Positions 38,071 to 49,294 of a DNA stretch of 64,000 nt are shown piece by piece. The stretch is taken from contig NC_086097.1 in assembly GCF_963921235.1 (NCBI RefSeq), positions 247,320,001 through 247,384,000 on the forward strand, read 5' to 3'. The notes below the pieces were generated by a model, which had not been told where the DNA came from, did not search any database, and saw only the letters and a program-made list of their open reading frames with translations. This DNA is from Mobula hypostoma (Eukaryota). Position 1 is the first letter of the stretch. Every line of letters starts with the position of its first letter. The translations under genes and the position numbers were made by a program.

Positions 38071-38610
38071 CACTCAGTGGCCACTTTATTAGATACACCT
38101 AATTGAAAATATTATTGCAAATATCTAATTAGTCAATCATGTAGCAGCAACTCAATGCACAAAAGCACGCAGACATGGTCAAGAGGTTCATTTGTTGTTC
38201 AGACCAAACATCAGAATAGGGAAGAAATGTGATCTAAGTGACTTTGGCTGGGGTGCCAGATGGGGTGGTTTGAGTATCTCAGAAACTGCTATTTTACCAC
38301 ACAATAGTCCCTAGAGTTGACAGAGAATGGTGCAAAAAACAAAAAAAAAATCCAGTGAGTGGCATTTTTGTGATGAAAATATCTTGTTGATGAGAGAGAT
38401 CAGAGGAGAATGGCCAGACTAGTTCAAACTGACAGAAAGGTGACAGTAACGCAAATAACCACACACTACAACAATGGTGTGCAGAAGGGCATCTCTGAAC
38501 GCACAACACGTCAATCCTTGAAGTGGACGGGCTACAGAAGCAGAAAACCATGAACAACCACTCAGTGACCAAGTACACACCTGTAGCTAATAAAGTGTTC
38601 ACTGAGTGTA
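38071..38610 (+). mobile_element. Non-autonomous Tc1/mariner element
   Basis: CACTCAGTGGCCACTTTATTAG...TAATAAAGTGTTCACTGAGTG-TA; transposase N-terminal remnant. Confidence 0.88.
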
Positions 38611-39446
38611 GAACGTAAAACATTACAGCACAGTACAGGCCCTTCGGCCCACAATATTATGTTGACCTTTTAATCTACTCTAAGATCAATCTAACTATTC
38701 TCTCTTGCATTGCCTTCAATTTTTTTTTACCATCCATGTGGCTAAGTGCCTAAATGTCCCTAATGTATTTGCTTCCTCCACCAACTTTGGCAGCATGTTC
38801 CAGTACTCTCTGTGTATAGAACTTACCTCTCACATCCTTCCCTATACTTTTCCTCAAATCACCTTAAAATTATGCCATCTGAAATTAGCTATCTCCACTC
38901 TGGTTCTGAAGACACAACACATCGAATCTTGAAATGGGTGGAATACAGTAGTAGGAGACACTCAGGGGCCACTTTATGAGGTACAGGATGTACGTGAAAA
39001 TAAACCCTATTCTGATTCCGAGATCGCTGGTGGGATAGATGTCATAAGGCTGGAAAAGCAGAATGGTGTGTAAGTACCACCGTCTTGTTCAGTTTCTCTT
39101 CAACTGGGCAGCAGAATTTTAACGTAGGGCATCAGCCAAAGGAGGTTAGATCCATAAATTAGTTCTGATGAGATGTGAATTTAGCATCTAAAAAATGCAG
39201 CAGATTGAGAAACGATTGCTGGTGCTCTACCCCCAACCCTACGCCAGAACATCTTTCCAGGGGGGCGAACCCTTGCAAGGCATCAGCCCCGATGGTGTTC
39301 CTGGTCAGGCTCTGAAAACCTGTGCCAGCTGTTGTCCATTTAATACTTCAGTTGTTTAAGCTTCCAGTTTTTTAAGGAATTCATTACGGGTTATGTATAA
39401 AAGTATGTGGATGGCATTGTCATCATGCTACCGTGTGCTTTGCTTC

Positions 39447-39985
39447 TGTAACCCCTGGTTAAGATTTTTACTGCTATACTGTAGGTATTTCATTTTAGCA
39501 GCTCCGTAAGAGCAGTCTGTTCTGCTTTCAGCCTCTTTGGGGTTCAGCAAAAGACAAGGGGCTATGTTGTTCAACTTAGGAATGTTGTGTCAGCAAATCA
39601 GCATGGTGGAACTGGGAGAAGGTTCTAGAGAACGCTGGGTGGAGAGGTTTTGGTGATGGAGACTGGTGTGGGTCGAGGTCTTTTTGGTGGGAGCTGGGAG
39701 AGGACAGGGGGGAAGGTGGCTGAGGATGCAGTCCCTGTTGCACAAGGTGCTTTGTGCAGATGAGGGGCTTCAAGGAGAAAGGCCCAATACTCCGTGTGGG
39801 AGCCCTTTTGTTCGAGATGGATTTCAAGCGACATTTGGAGGTGGTGTGTGCTTTCACACAGACTGTAGGTCCAGCTCATGAGTTAGAGACAACTTCAAGA
39901 TGTGCTCCAGTTTATGTGCACGTTCGGACTGGGTTAACTGTAATGGGCACTATGTTTGTTTTTGTCCTTTTTTCTGCTAACTGTC
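39447..39985 (+). mobile_element. Partial LTR related to 52561-53072
   Basis: Starts TGTAACCCCTGG; 39900-39955 resembles the reverse complement of 52780-52830; other end lost. Confidence 0.6.
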
Positions 39986-40560
39986 CTTCTATCCCGAGGC
40001 TGTGCCCTTTGATCCTCGACTCCCCCACTATAGGAGACATCCTCTCCACATCCACTCCTTCTAGGACTTTCAATATTCGATGGGTTTCAGTGAGATTCCC
40101 CCCCCTCTCATTCTTCTAAACCCCAGTGAGTACAGGCCCAGAGCCATCAAACGCTCCTCACGTTAACCCTTTCAGTTCTGGAATAATTCTCATGAACCTC
40201 CTCTGGACCCTCAATGCCAGCACAACTTTTCTGAGATAAGGGGTCCAAAACTGTTCACAATTCTCCATGTGTGGTCTGACCAATGCCTTATAAAGCCTCA
40301 GCATCACATCCTTGTTTTTTAATTCTCGTTCTCTTGAAGTGAATGTTAACATTCCAGTTGCCATCCTCACCGCAGACTCAACCTGCAAGTTAACCTTTCG
40401 GGAATCCTGGACGAGGACTCCCAAAATCCCTTTGCACCTCAGAGTTTTGAATTTTCTCCCTGTTTAGGAAATAGCTTATACCCTCATTCCTTCTACAAAA
40501 GTGTGTGACCAAGCACTTCTGTATATTATATTTCATCTGCCACTTCTTTGCCCGTTCTCC

Positions 40561-40622
40561 TAACCTTTTTTATGACCCCTACCATTAACTGAGGGGTCTG
40601 TGGACTCCGGGTTGGGAACCCT
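40561..40622. mobile_element. Tiny hAT-type MITE remnant
   Basis: Ends GGTTGGGAACCC, resembling CAGGGGTTCCCAAC TIRs; interrupts the CR1. Confidence 0.45.
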
Positions 40623-40730
40623 TTGTCTAAGTTCTTCTGCAGACTCCTTGCTTCCACAATGCTACCTATTCATCTACCTATCTTCATGTTGTCTGCAAAC
40701 TTGGTCAGAAAGCCAACAACTCTGTCATCC

Positions 40731-41270
40731 TTCTTCTTCTTCTTCGGTAGTCCTTTGAAATCCGATGACGACGTTCACTCCTCTAACGGTGAGATCTTTG
40801 ATGACTATACAGTCCTATCCTGGACCCACAAGCTCTATTGCAGGTGGGACATGTATATGCGGTAGTGGTGGTAACCATGGCTGCATTTCTCCTGGCTCTC
40901 TTCTGCTGTCTTCTGGTTGTTCTTTCCATCTCCAGAACACGAACCCCGTCCCTACACGGCTATCGCCAAGTGGACAGTCAGCAGCAACATCCTCCAGGTC
41001 CTCGGGTCTGATCTTGCACTTCCTTAAAGCATTCTTCATCTGATCCTTATAGCGCTTCTTCGGCCCTCCAGCTGAGCATCGACCATGATGTAGCTGGCCG
41101 TATAACACTTTGTGGGGTAACTGACATGGGGGCATCCTTATTACGTGCCCCAGCCACTGCAGCTGACGCTGGGCGATCATGGCCTCAATACTCCTGCAGT
41201 TAGTCTTTCAGTGTGAGGCACCCGCTCACGTCAGGTAATTCCCAGGATGCGAATCACTGATATATAACAT
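40731..41270 (-). mobile_element. RTE-clade LINE 3' end
   Basis: ORF 40815..41180 (RQLQWLGHVIRM..LPHKVLYGQL..GGPKKRYKD); (GAA)n tail. Confidence 0.88.
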
Positions 41271-41807
41271 GTAAAGGAGCAGTCCCAACACCGACCTTTA
41301 CGGAACATCACTAGTCACTGGTAGCTAATCAGAAAAAGCCCCTTTTCCCCCATTCTTTGCCTCCTGCCAGTCAGCCAATCCTCTATCCATGCTAGTATCT
41401 TTTCTGTAATATCATAGGCTCATAGCTTGTTTAGCAGCTTCATGTGCGACACTTTGTAAAGGCCTTCTGAAAATCCAAGTAAACATCATCCACTGACTAT
41501 CCTGCTTGTCATTTCCTTGAAGAATTCTAACAGATTTGTCAGGCAAAATTTCCCCTTAAGGAAACCATGCTGACTTTGCCTTATTTTATCACGTGCCTCC
41601 AAATACCCCAAAAGCTCATCCTTAATAATGGACTCCATCATCCCAACCACTGAGGTCAGGCTAATGGGCCTATAATTTCCTGTCTTTTGCTTCCCTCCCT
41701 TCTTAAAGAATGAGTAACGTTTGCAATTTTCCAGTCCTCCAGAACTATTCCATTCTTGAAAGATCACTACTAACGGTTCCACGATCTCTTCAGCTACCTC
41801 TTTCGAG

Positions 41808-42700
41808 GTTCAAAGTCCAAAGTATGTATGCAGTGTACAACCCTGAGATTCATATTCCCACAGAAGGCCATGAAACAAAAACACAACCCAGAACACGTTC
41901 AAAGAAAACATCAAAAACCCAATGCACAAAAAAGGAACAAATCATGCAAACGGCAAAAAATTAGCGAAAGACACAGAATATTAAACATTAAACCACAGAG
42001 TGATTGAAACAGTCTAGGAATGTTCAGTTGAGTTCAATTTAGCGCTGGGTCATTCATTGATTACAGGCCACAGAGCCAGTTTGCCCCGATCAAAACAGCA
42101 CAAAACAGCAATAAAAAAAGAGTAATCAGAAACCAGAAACACATCATAACATGAATTACAGAGTCCAATCCACAAACCACATTGATTAAACCTTGTCGAA
42201 GACCCAATCCTCTGGCAGTGTTGAGTGAGGGGAGAGAGAGAGAGACTGGTCTAGTGCAGGCATATTTCTCTGGGAGCAGCGAGCACGAGTGAGAGAGAGA
42301 GAGAAATCGACTGGTTAAATGTGGGCACTTTCCTCTGGCAGTAGTGAGCGAGAGTCTGGCCAAATGCAGGCAGGCAGCGCTGAACACCCGCTCGCATTCC
42401 GCTCTCGTCCTCGTTGACTTCAATCTTGCTCCATGCTTTAATCAGTGATGTCGGTGACAATGGAGTTGATCATAGCCTCATGTCCCGTCTCCAGGCTCCT
42501 CGACCTCCCAGCTGCACACTCTGCTCCAAACCCCACCAAACTCTCTCCGAGACAGTGAGGCTCCAGGTTGCTCAACAATAGCTCAAAAGGTTCCAATAGC
42601 AGCAGAATCATATTTGAAAGAAGAAGTAAAAGAAGTGAAAGAACTAGTTTGTAGACTGTCTGAAAGATGTCACCTTTGGTCGTATTGTTCACTGGCACCA
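41808..42700 (-). mobile_element. Non-coding retroposon with a Rex-like 3' tail
   Basis: Splits the CR1; tail matches the ATATACAACCCAGAGATTCAT tails at 27840-27910 and 56845-56910. Confidence 0.55.
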
Positions 42701-42760
42701 CCTGCTTCAGAACCCTGGGGTGTAGTCCACCTGGTCCATGGAACTTATCTACCTTCAGAC

Positions 42761-42893
42761 CTGACGAAGGGTCTCGGCCTGAAATGTCGACTGTACCTCT
42801 TCCTAGAGATGCTGCCTGGCCTGCTGCGTTCACCAGCAACTTTGATGTGTGTTGCTTGAAATTCCAGCATCTGCAGAATTCCTGTTGTTTATT
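42761..42893 (+). mobile_element. Short Penelope-type insertion beginning at a hammerhead-like core
   Basis: CTGACGA AGGGTCTCGGCCT GAAATGTC GACTG; TTCAGACCT duplicated at 42754-42762 and 42894-42902. Confidence 0.8.
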
Positions 42894-43261
42894 TTCAGAC
42901 CTTTCAGTTTCCCAAGCACCTTCTCCCTAGTAATAGCAACTACACTCACTTCTGCCCCTGACACTCTTGAATTTCTGACATAATGCTGATGTCTGCCACA
43001 GTGGGAACTGACTCAAAATACTTAGTTCAACCATCATTTCTTTGACCCACTACTACCTCTCCAGCGTCATTTTCCAGCGGTCCAATATCGACTCTCTTCT
43101 CTCTTTTACTCTTTATATATATCAGAAAAATCATATGGTGCCTTTTTTATATAGTGGGCTAAAAATGCTAAAACCCAGAGCACAAGGGAGCAAGTTCGTT
43201 CAGAAAATAACTCTCCCTCTCCAGGGAAGGGTCTATTTATATTCACAGCTGAATATTAACA

Positions 43262-45175
43262 GAGTATATCTTACGCATTTGTCCCCACAAATTACTTTTG
43301 GCCATGTCTTTAAACTATAGGAGAGCTAGCAACATTCTCAAGGATTTGAAATTTATTCCAAGATTTTACCTGAGAGTGGTTCTTGAAGTTTTTTTTCCAC
43401 ATTAGCAAATAGATCAAGTCAGACTTTTCTTTGTAATTACCTACCTTCTTCCTTCTCCCGTCTGCGTGAGATGTGGGACTTTCGAGAGACTTTGAACCTT
43501 TTTACTGTGCCATGGCGGGTTCTTCATCAAGTTATGGTATTGTTGCACTGCTGTAACTATATGTTATAATTATGTAGTTTTTGTTAGTTTTTCAGTCTTG
43601 GTCTGTCCTGTGTTTTTGTGATATCACACCAGAGGAATATTGTATCATTTCTTAATTACTAAATGACAATAAAAGAGGACAGCGTGTCCTCATAATCTAA
43701 TAATCTAATACTAGAGTATTACATTTTTCATGGAACGTTACAAGTGTGCAACTGGAAATCTGTAAGATTACAAAATTTGCTTAAAAGTGTTAAAGAGTCA
43801 TGGCTGAGTTATGGTTGAGAATCATACCAGTGCATAAGAGAGTAGGGTGAGCTGCTTCAATGACTATCACCCAGTTGCACTCACATCTACGGTGATGAAA
43901 TGCTTTGAGAGGTTGGTCATGGTCGCCTGGTATGAGGAGGCACTGAGGACACCTTCAAAAGACAATGCCTCAAAAAGGCAGCGTCCATCATTAAGGATCC
44001 CCATCACCCGGGACACGTCCTCTTCACATTCCTACCATCAGGGAGGAAGTACAGGAGCCTGAAGACACACACTCAGTGTTTTAGGAACAGCTTCCCCTCT
44101 GCCGTCAGATTTCCAAATGGATAATACTCCAAAGCATGAACATTACCTCACTGTACTTTTGCATTACTTATTTAATTTATTATTTTAGTACAGGATATAT
44201 ATAATTGCAATTTATAGTTTTTATGTATTGCTCTGTACTGCTGCTGTAAAACAATAAATTTCACGACGTATATCAGGGATATTAAATCTGATTCTGATTC
44301 TGAACCCAGGCACTGGGCCCTCTTCTCCATTTCCCTGTAAATGAAGGAATTAGTTCAAGCAGGGCATCAAGTAAATATGTACAGTTCATCAGGCCAGCTT
44401 CTTTACTGAAGTTAAAAAGTGTTTCAACATAATTAAGGGGATGAGAAAGTTGGTGTTAAATTACACCGATATCAAAATCACTTGGCGAAGAGTTTGAACT
44501 TGTTTCAGGCATATTTTGTTCCAGTCACAAGACTCTGAGGTCAGTATGCAGCGTGTGTCTGAATGGATACGAGCTTCTTAGGGGCTGCCCTGAGCTGGCT
44601 GGTGTTATAGATCAGCATGTACCAGTTCTCTCCCCTCTGCTTCGACCGATGTAACTCACTGGAGTGGCAAATTACATCCGACCTACAGCTGTAACCCGAC
44701 ATTATGATTAATTTGATCAGTAATTTCTCCTGTTTTTCATTTTAATCGGTGTGACTATTCTGCTGTGGCAGATCTTTCAGATCTAATTAAGATAAATTTC
44801 TATGTAAGACTCTTGGCAGTGTATACAGTCAACTCCCAGAGCTGAGCAAAGAGGACATACAACACTAATCAATCAACTAACTGAAAACCCACCGGGCCCA
44901 AACTCACTGTGAACTTATTAACACTTTTAAGCAAATTTTGTAATCTTATGGATTTTCGGTTGCATACTTGTAACATTCCATTAAAAATGCAATACTCTAA
45001 TAGATAGTTACACAACATGTGACTTGATCTATTTGCTAATGTGAAAAAAAACTGCAGGAGCCATCCTCAGGTAAATTCTTGGAAGAAATTTTAAATCCTT
45101 GAGAAGGTTGCAAATCTTTTTTTTTAAAGACACAGTCAAAGATAATTTGTGAGCACAAATGGGTAAGATACATTC
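43262..45175. repeat. Old long inverted repeat (arms 43262-43793 and 44918-45175)
   Basis: E.g. TAAGATTACAAAATTTGCTTAAAAGTGTTAA vs TTAACACTTTTAAGCAAATTTTGTAATCTTA, and CACATTAGCAAATAGATCAAGTCA vs TGACTTGATCTATTTGCTAATGTG; left arm interrupted at 43446-43710. Confidence 0.9.
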
Positions 45176-45665
45176 AGTGGCCACTTTATCAGGTACTCAC
45201 TGAGTATATGTCCATGGTCCTCGGCTCTGTATCAAATCCACATCACGATTTGTTGTGTTGCGTGTTCTGCACACCGCTGTTATAATGCATGGTTATTTGA
45301 GTTACTGTCGCCTTCCTGTCAGTTTGAACCAGCCTGGCCATTCTCCTCTGACCTCTATCATTAACAAGGCTTTTTTACCCACTGACCTGCCGCTCACTGG
45401 ATGATTTTTTTGTTTTTCTCACCAATCCCTCTAATCTCTACAGACCGCTGTATGCGAAAATCCCAGGAGATCAGCAGTTTCTGAGATACTCAAACTACCC
45501 TGTCTGGCACCAACAATCATTCCATGGTCAAAGTCACGTTTTTTCCCTCATTCTGATGTTCGGTTGGAAGAACAACTGAATCTCTTGACCACATCTACAT
45601 GCTTTTATGCATTGAGTTGCTGCCGCATGATTGGCTGCATTAACAAGCAGGTGTACAGAGGTACC
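45171..45665 (-). mobile_element. Non-autonomous Tc1/mariner element
   Basis: CATTCAGTGGCCACTTTATCAGGTAC TIR; collinear with 15205-15753. Confidence 0.85.
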
Positions 45666-46430
45666 TGCAGCTTAATGTGAAAAAGACTAAGGAGCTGGTG
45701 GTAGACCTGAGGAGAGCTAAGGTACCGGTGACCCCTGTTTCCATCCAGGGGGTCAGTGTGGACATGGTGGAGGATTACAAATACCTGGGGATACGAATTG
45801 ACAATAAACTGGACTGGTCAAAGAACACTGAGGCTGTCTACAAGAAGGGTCAGAGCCATCTCTATTTCCTGAGGAGACTGAGGTCCTTTAACATCTGCCG
45901 GACGATGCTGAGGATGTTCTACGAGTCTGTGGTGGCCAGTGCGATCATGTTTGCTGTTGTGTGCTGGGGCAGCAGGTTGAGGGTAGCAGATACCAACAGA
46001 ATCAACAAACTCATTCGTAAAGCCAGTGATGTTGTGGGGATGGAACTGGACTCTCTGACGGTGGTGTCTGAAAAGAGGATGCTGTCCAAGTTGCATGCCA
46101 TCTTGGTCAATGTCTCCCATCCACTACATAATGTACTGGGTGGGCACAGGAGTACATTCAGCCAGAGACTCATTCCACCGAGATGCAGCACAGAGCGTCA
46201 TAGGAAGTCATTCCTGCCTGTGGCCATCAAACTTAACTCCTCCCTTGGAGGTCAGACACCCTGAGCCAATAGGCTGGTCCTGGACATATTTCCTGGCATA
46301 ATTTACATATTACTATTTAACTATTTATGGTTCTATTACTATTTATTATTTATGGTGCAATTGTAACGAAAACCAATTTCCCCCGGGATCAACAAAGTAT
46401 GACCATGACTATGACTATGACTATGACTAT
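45666..46430 (+). mobile_element. Young Rex1/Babar LINE 3' end
   Basis: ORF 45677..46264 (KTKELVVDLRR..YKYLG..LYFLRRLRSF); (TATGAC)n tail. Confidence 0.92.
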
Positions 46431-46954
46431 ACGTGCTTTGATAATAAAGTTACTGTGAAATTGGAACTTTGAATAAAGGAGCTGTTTGGTAGTTGCTGGC
46501 ATGATCGTGATCCAAACAAAGGACTCCACTGAGCCATATTCCCAGACTCATGCACTACTGCAGGCTCTGCCATTGCACTATTTTCTCCAATTGAGTTCAG
46601 CTATCAGAGACACGAGCACTCTCAAAGAACATTGTGCCGAATTTGCCCAGACCAATTGCACTTTGGACTACTGTGTCAAGTTTTGGTTACCAAATAAATC
46701 CATTTTAGAATTTAGTCTGCTTACACAGTACAAGAGAGAAGGAGGCCATTTGGCCCATCAAGCCTGGGCAACTTCTCCTTCACACACCAACATCTTGCCT
46801 TTGATTTTTTTTTTACACCTGTTTATACAGAGAAATAAATTAGTGTAGGTAAGTGGGAAGAGGTTCAATGAACCTCAAGCGACAGCATGGTGAGAGACAA
46901 TCAGGTGGACAAGGAAGGAGACTGAAGGGTATCCTTGCAAAAGAGTAATGGCTC

Positions 46955-47755
46955 GTGATTATGAGCCGTGTCGTATGACGTAGGCGATTTTGGTCTCATA
47001 ACCACATCTGTTCTTGGCAAATTTTTCTGCCGAAGTGGTTTGCCATTGCCTTCCCCTGGGCAGTGTCTTTACAAGACGGGTGACCCCAGCCATTATCAAT
47101 ACTCTTCAGAGACTGTCTGCCTGGCGTCAGTGGTCACTTAACCAGGACTAGTGATGTGCACCGGCTGCTCATATGGTCATTCACCACCTGCTCCCGTGGC
47201 TTCATGTGACCCTGATCAGGGGGGAGGGGCTAAACAGGTGCTACTCCTCGCCCAAGTGCGACCTGCAGACTCATCGTCGTCATGGCTATCCCTCGAGGTC
47301 GAGGATGATGGTCTTCGTTCTGAAGTGGCCCACAGAGTGAAGACACCTGTGCGTGTATTTGTTTAATGTGTACTTGATGTTGCACTCCAAGAAGCACTTC
47401 ATAAATCAACCAACTGATTCCAATGGCATGGAAACCATGACGATTGGAGCTGATGGATTTGTTGCAGCCTTCATCTGCCTTCACAGCCGTTGAGTTCGAA
47501 GTAACTTCGTCCGCCTGTTCCACCGTTGAGGTCTTGGTTGGATTGTTCTTTCTCAGGGACCTCACCCTCGACCTTACCGCCATGGGTGACCCTACCAGGA
47601 GCATAGCTCCAGACGGTATTGCTCTCGGGATCACAGGACCACACAAGCTTCTCCACCACGACAAGGTGACAATCCACAGAGAAGTCCGCAGACTAGCAGA
47701 GGGAAGGAATGCCATACACATCTTTTGGTAGAGACTTATTTCTGCCCCACTACCC
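46955..47755 (-). mobile_element. SINE with an RTE-type tail, split by an insertion
   Basis: Reverse complement GAAGGCAATGGCAAACCACTTC; second copy at 62360-63220. Confidence 0.65.
47272..47687 (-). mobile_element. Short bipartite RTE-derived element (5'UTR head plus 3' tail)
   Basis: Head CACCTTGTCGTGGTGGAGAAGCTTG..AGGGTCACCCA typical of RTE 5'UTRs; TSD GCAGACT (47265-47271, 47688-47694). Confidence 0.7.
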
Positions 47756-48561
47756 TAGAGATGTAATAGTGTCGTGGTAACAGCGGCACCCCATTTCTTT
47801 CTTGGAATTGGTGGTATTATTTTCATGTGCAGTTAAAAACTTGTTCGCGTGCCATCTAGGCTGATCATGCCCTGTATTGGTACATTGAGGTAGCGAACAG
47901 AAAGGAGAATGCAGCATAGAGCATCTCCCCCTTGCCACCGAGAAATAGAGCAATGACTCATCTCATTTGTACGAGTCCGTGGTCCCTGGATGCTTAGAGT
48001 GCAGAAGGAGTTACTGGGTGGCATCGAGAACCGAATCCGGTCATTGGGTTTGCAGGGAAGCCCGTGGTAAAGAGCAGAAGGATCACATCACCTCTGAACA
48101 ATCAGCCTTTCCCTTCCCCACCACCTTCCCCAGGCCAACGCAACAGTCCCACCTCAAGCAGACATTGCTCACCTGTTACTGGCTGAATAAGACACACCAG
48201 AGCCATTTGAAATGGAGTGAAGGCAAGTCAACTTTATTTGCAAAGGACTCCCACGAAGAAGGGGAAGTCCTTGGGGGAAGTTCCACGTTCCGCATATAGT
48301 TGACTGCCAAAACTTTCTGAAGGCAAGATACAGTTTCCATGCACAGGAAACTCACCAGTCAACTTGCAGCTGAGGAAGGAACACAGCCCCTCTGTCTGCC
48401 TCTTCACACAAGGAAAATGTCTCAATGCCAGTGGCTGTTGTTTAATTCTGCAAGATGTATTCTTCAGAATCAAGTTTAATATCACTGACACATCGTTAGA
48501 ATTGTTGTTTTGTGGCAGCAATCTGTTGCAAGACATAAAATTACTCTAATTTACAAAAATA

Positions 48562-49148
48562 GACCATAAGACCATAAAGGAGCAGAAGTCTGCCATTCGG
48601 TCCATCGAGTCTGCTTCGCCATTTTATCATGAGCTGATCCATTCTCCCATTTAGTCCCACTCCCCCGCCTTCTCACCATTACCTTTGATGCCCTGGCTAC
48701 TCAGATACCTATCAATCTCTGCCTTAAATACACCCAATGACTTGGCCTCCACTGCTGCCCGTGGCAACAAATTCCATAGCTTCACCACCCTCTGACTAAA
48801 AAAATTTCTTCACATTTCTGTTCTGAATGGGAGCCCTTCAATCCTTAAGTCATGCCCTCTCGTACTAAACTCCCCCATCATGGGAAACAACTTTGCCACA
48901 TCAACTCTGTCCATGCCTTTCAACATTCGAAATGTTTCTATGAGGTCTCCCCTCATTCTTCTAAACTCCAAGGAATACAGTCCAAGAGTGGACAAAGGTT
49001 CTTCATATGTTAACTCTCTCATTCCCGGAATCATTCTAGTGAATCTTCTCTGTACCCTCTCCAACGTCAGCACATCCTTTCTTAAATAAGGAGCCCAAAA
49101 CTTCCCACAGTACTCCAAGTGAGGTCTCACCAGCGCCTTATAGAGCAT
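48562..49148 (-). mobile_element. CR1 3' end
   Basis: ORF 48810..49175. Confidence 0.9.
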
Positions 49149-49294
49149 CAAAATAAAGAAATAAACAGAGCCCAAGAAGGATAGTGAGGTAGTGTTCCTA
49201 TAGGGAGGAGTCTAGGGCCAGGGGCACAGCCTCAGAATCGAAGAATGTCCCTTTAGAACAGAGATGGGCGGGAGTTTCTTTAGCCAGAGGGTGG

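Larger units (their letters stand above)
39985..43115 (-). mobile_element. Degenerate CR1 LINE with several nested insertions
   Basis: ORFs 40158..40424 and 41486..41782; KVDKFHGPGGLHPRVLK at ~42700-42760. Confidence 0.85.

Noticed and set aside
45677..46264. ALKBH8-like/DUF1891 protein
   Set aside because: The LYFLRRLR segment is the Rex1/Babar ORF C-terminus; it is multi-copy with a retroposon tail.
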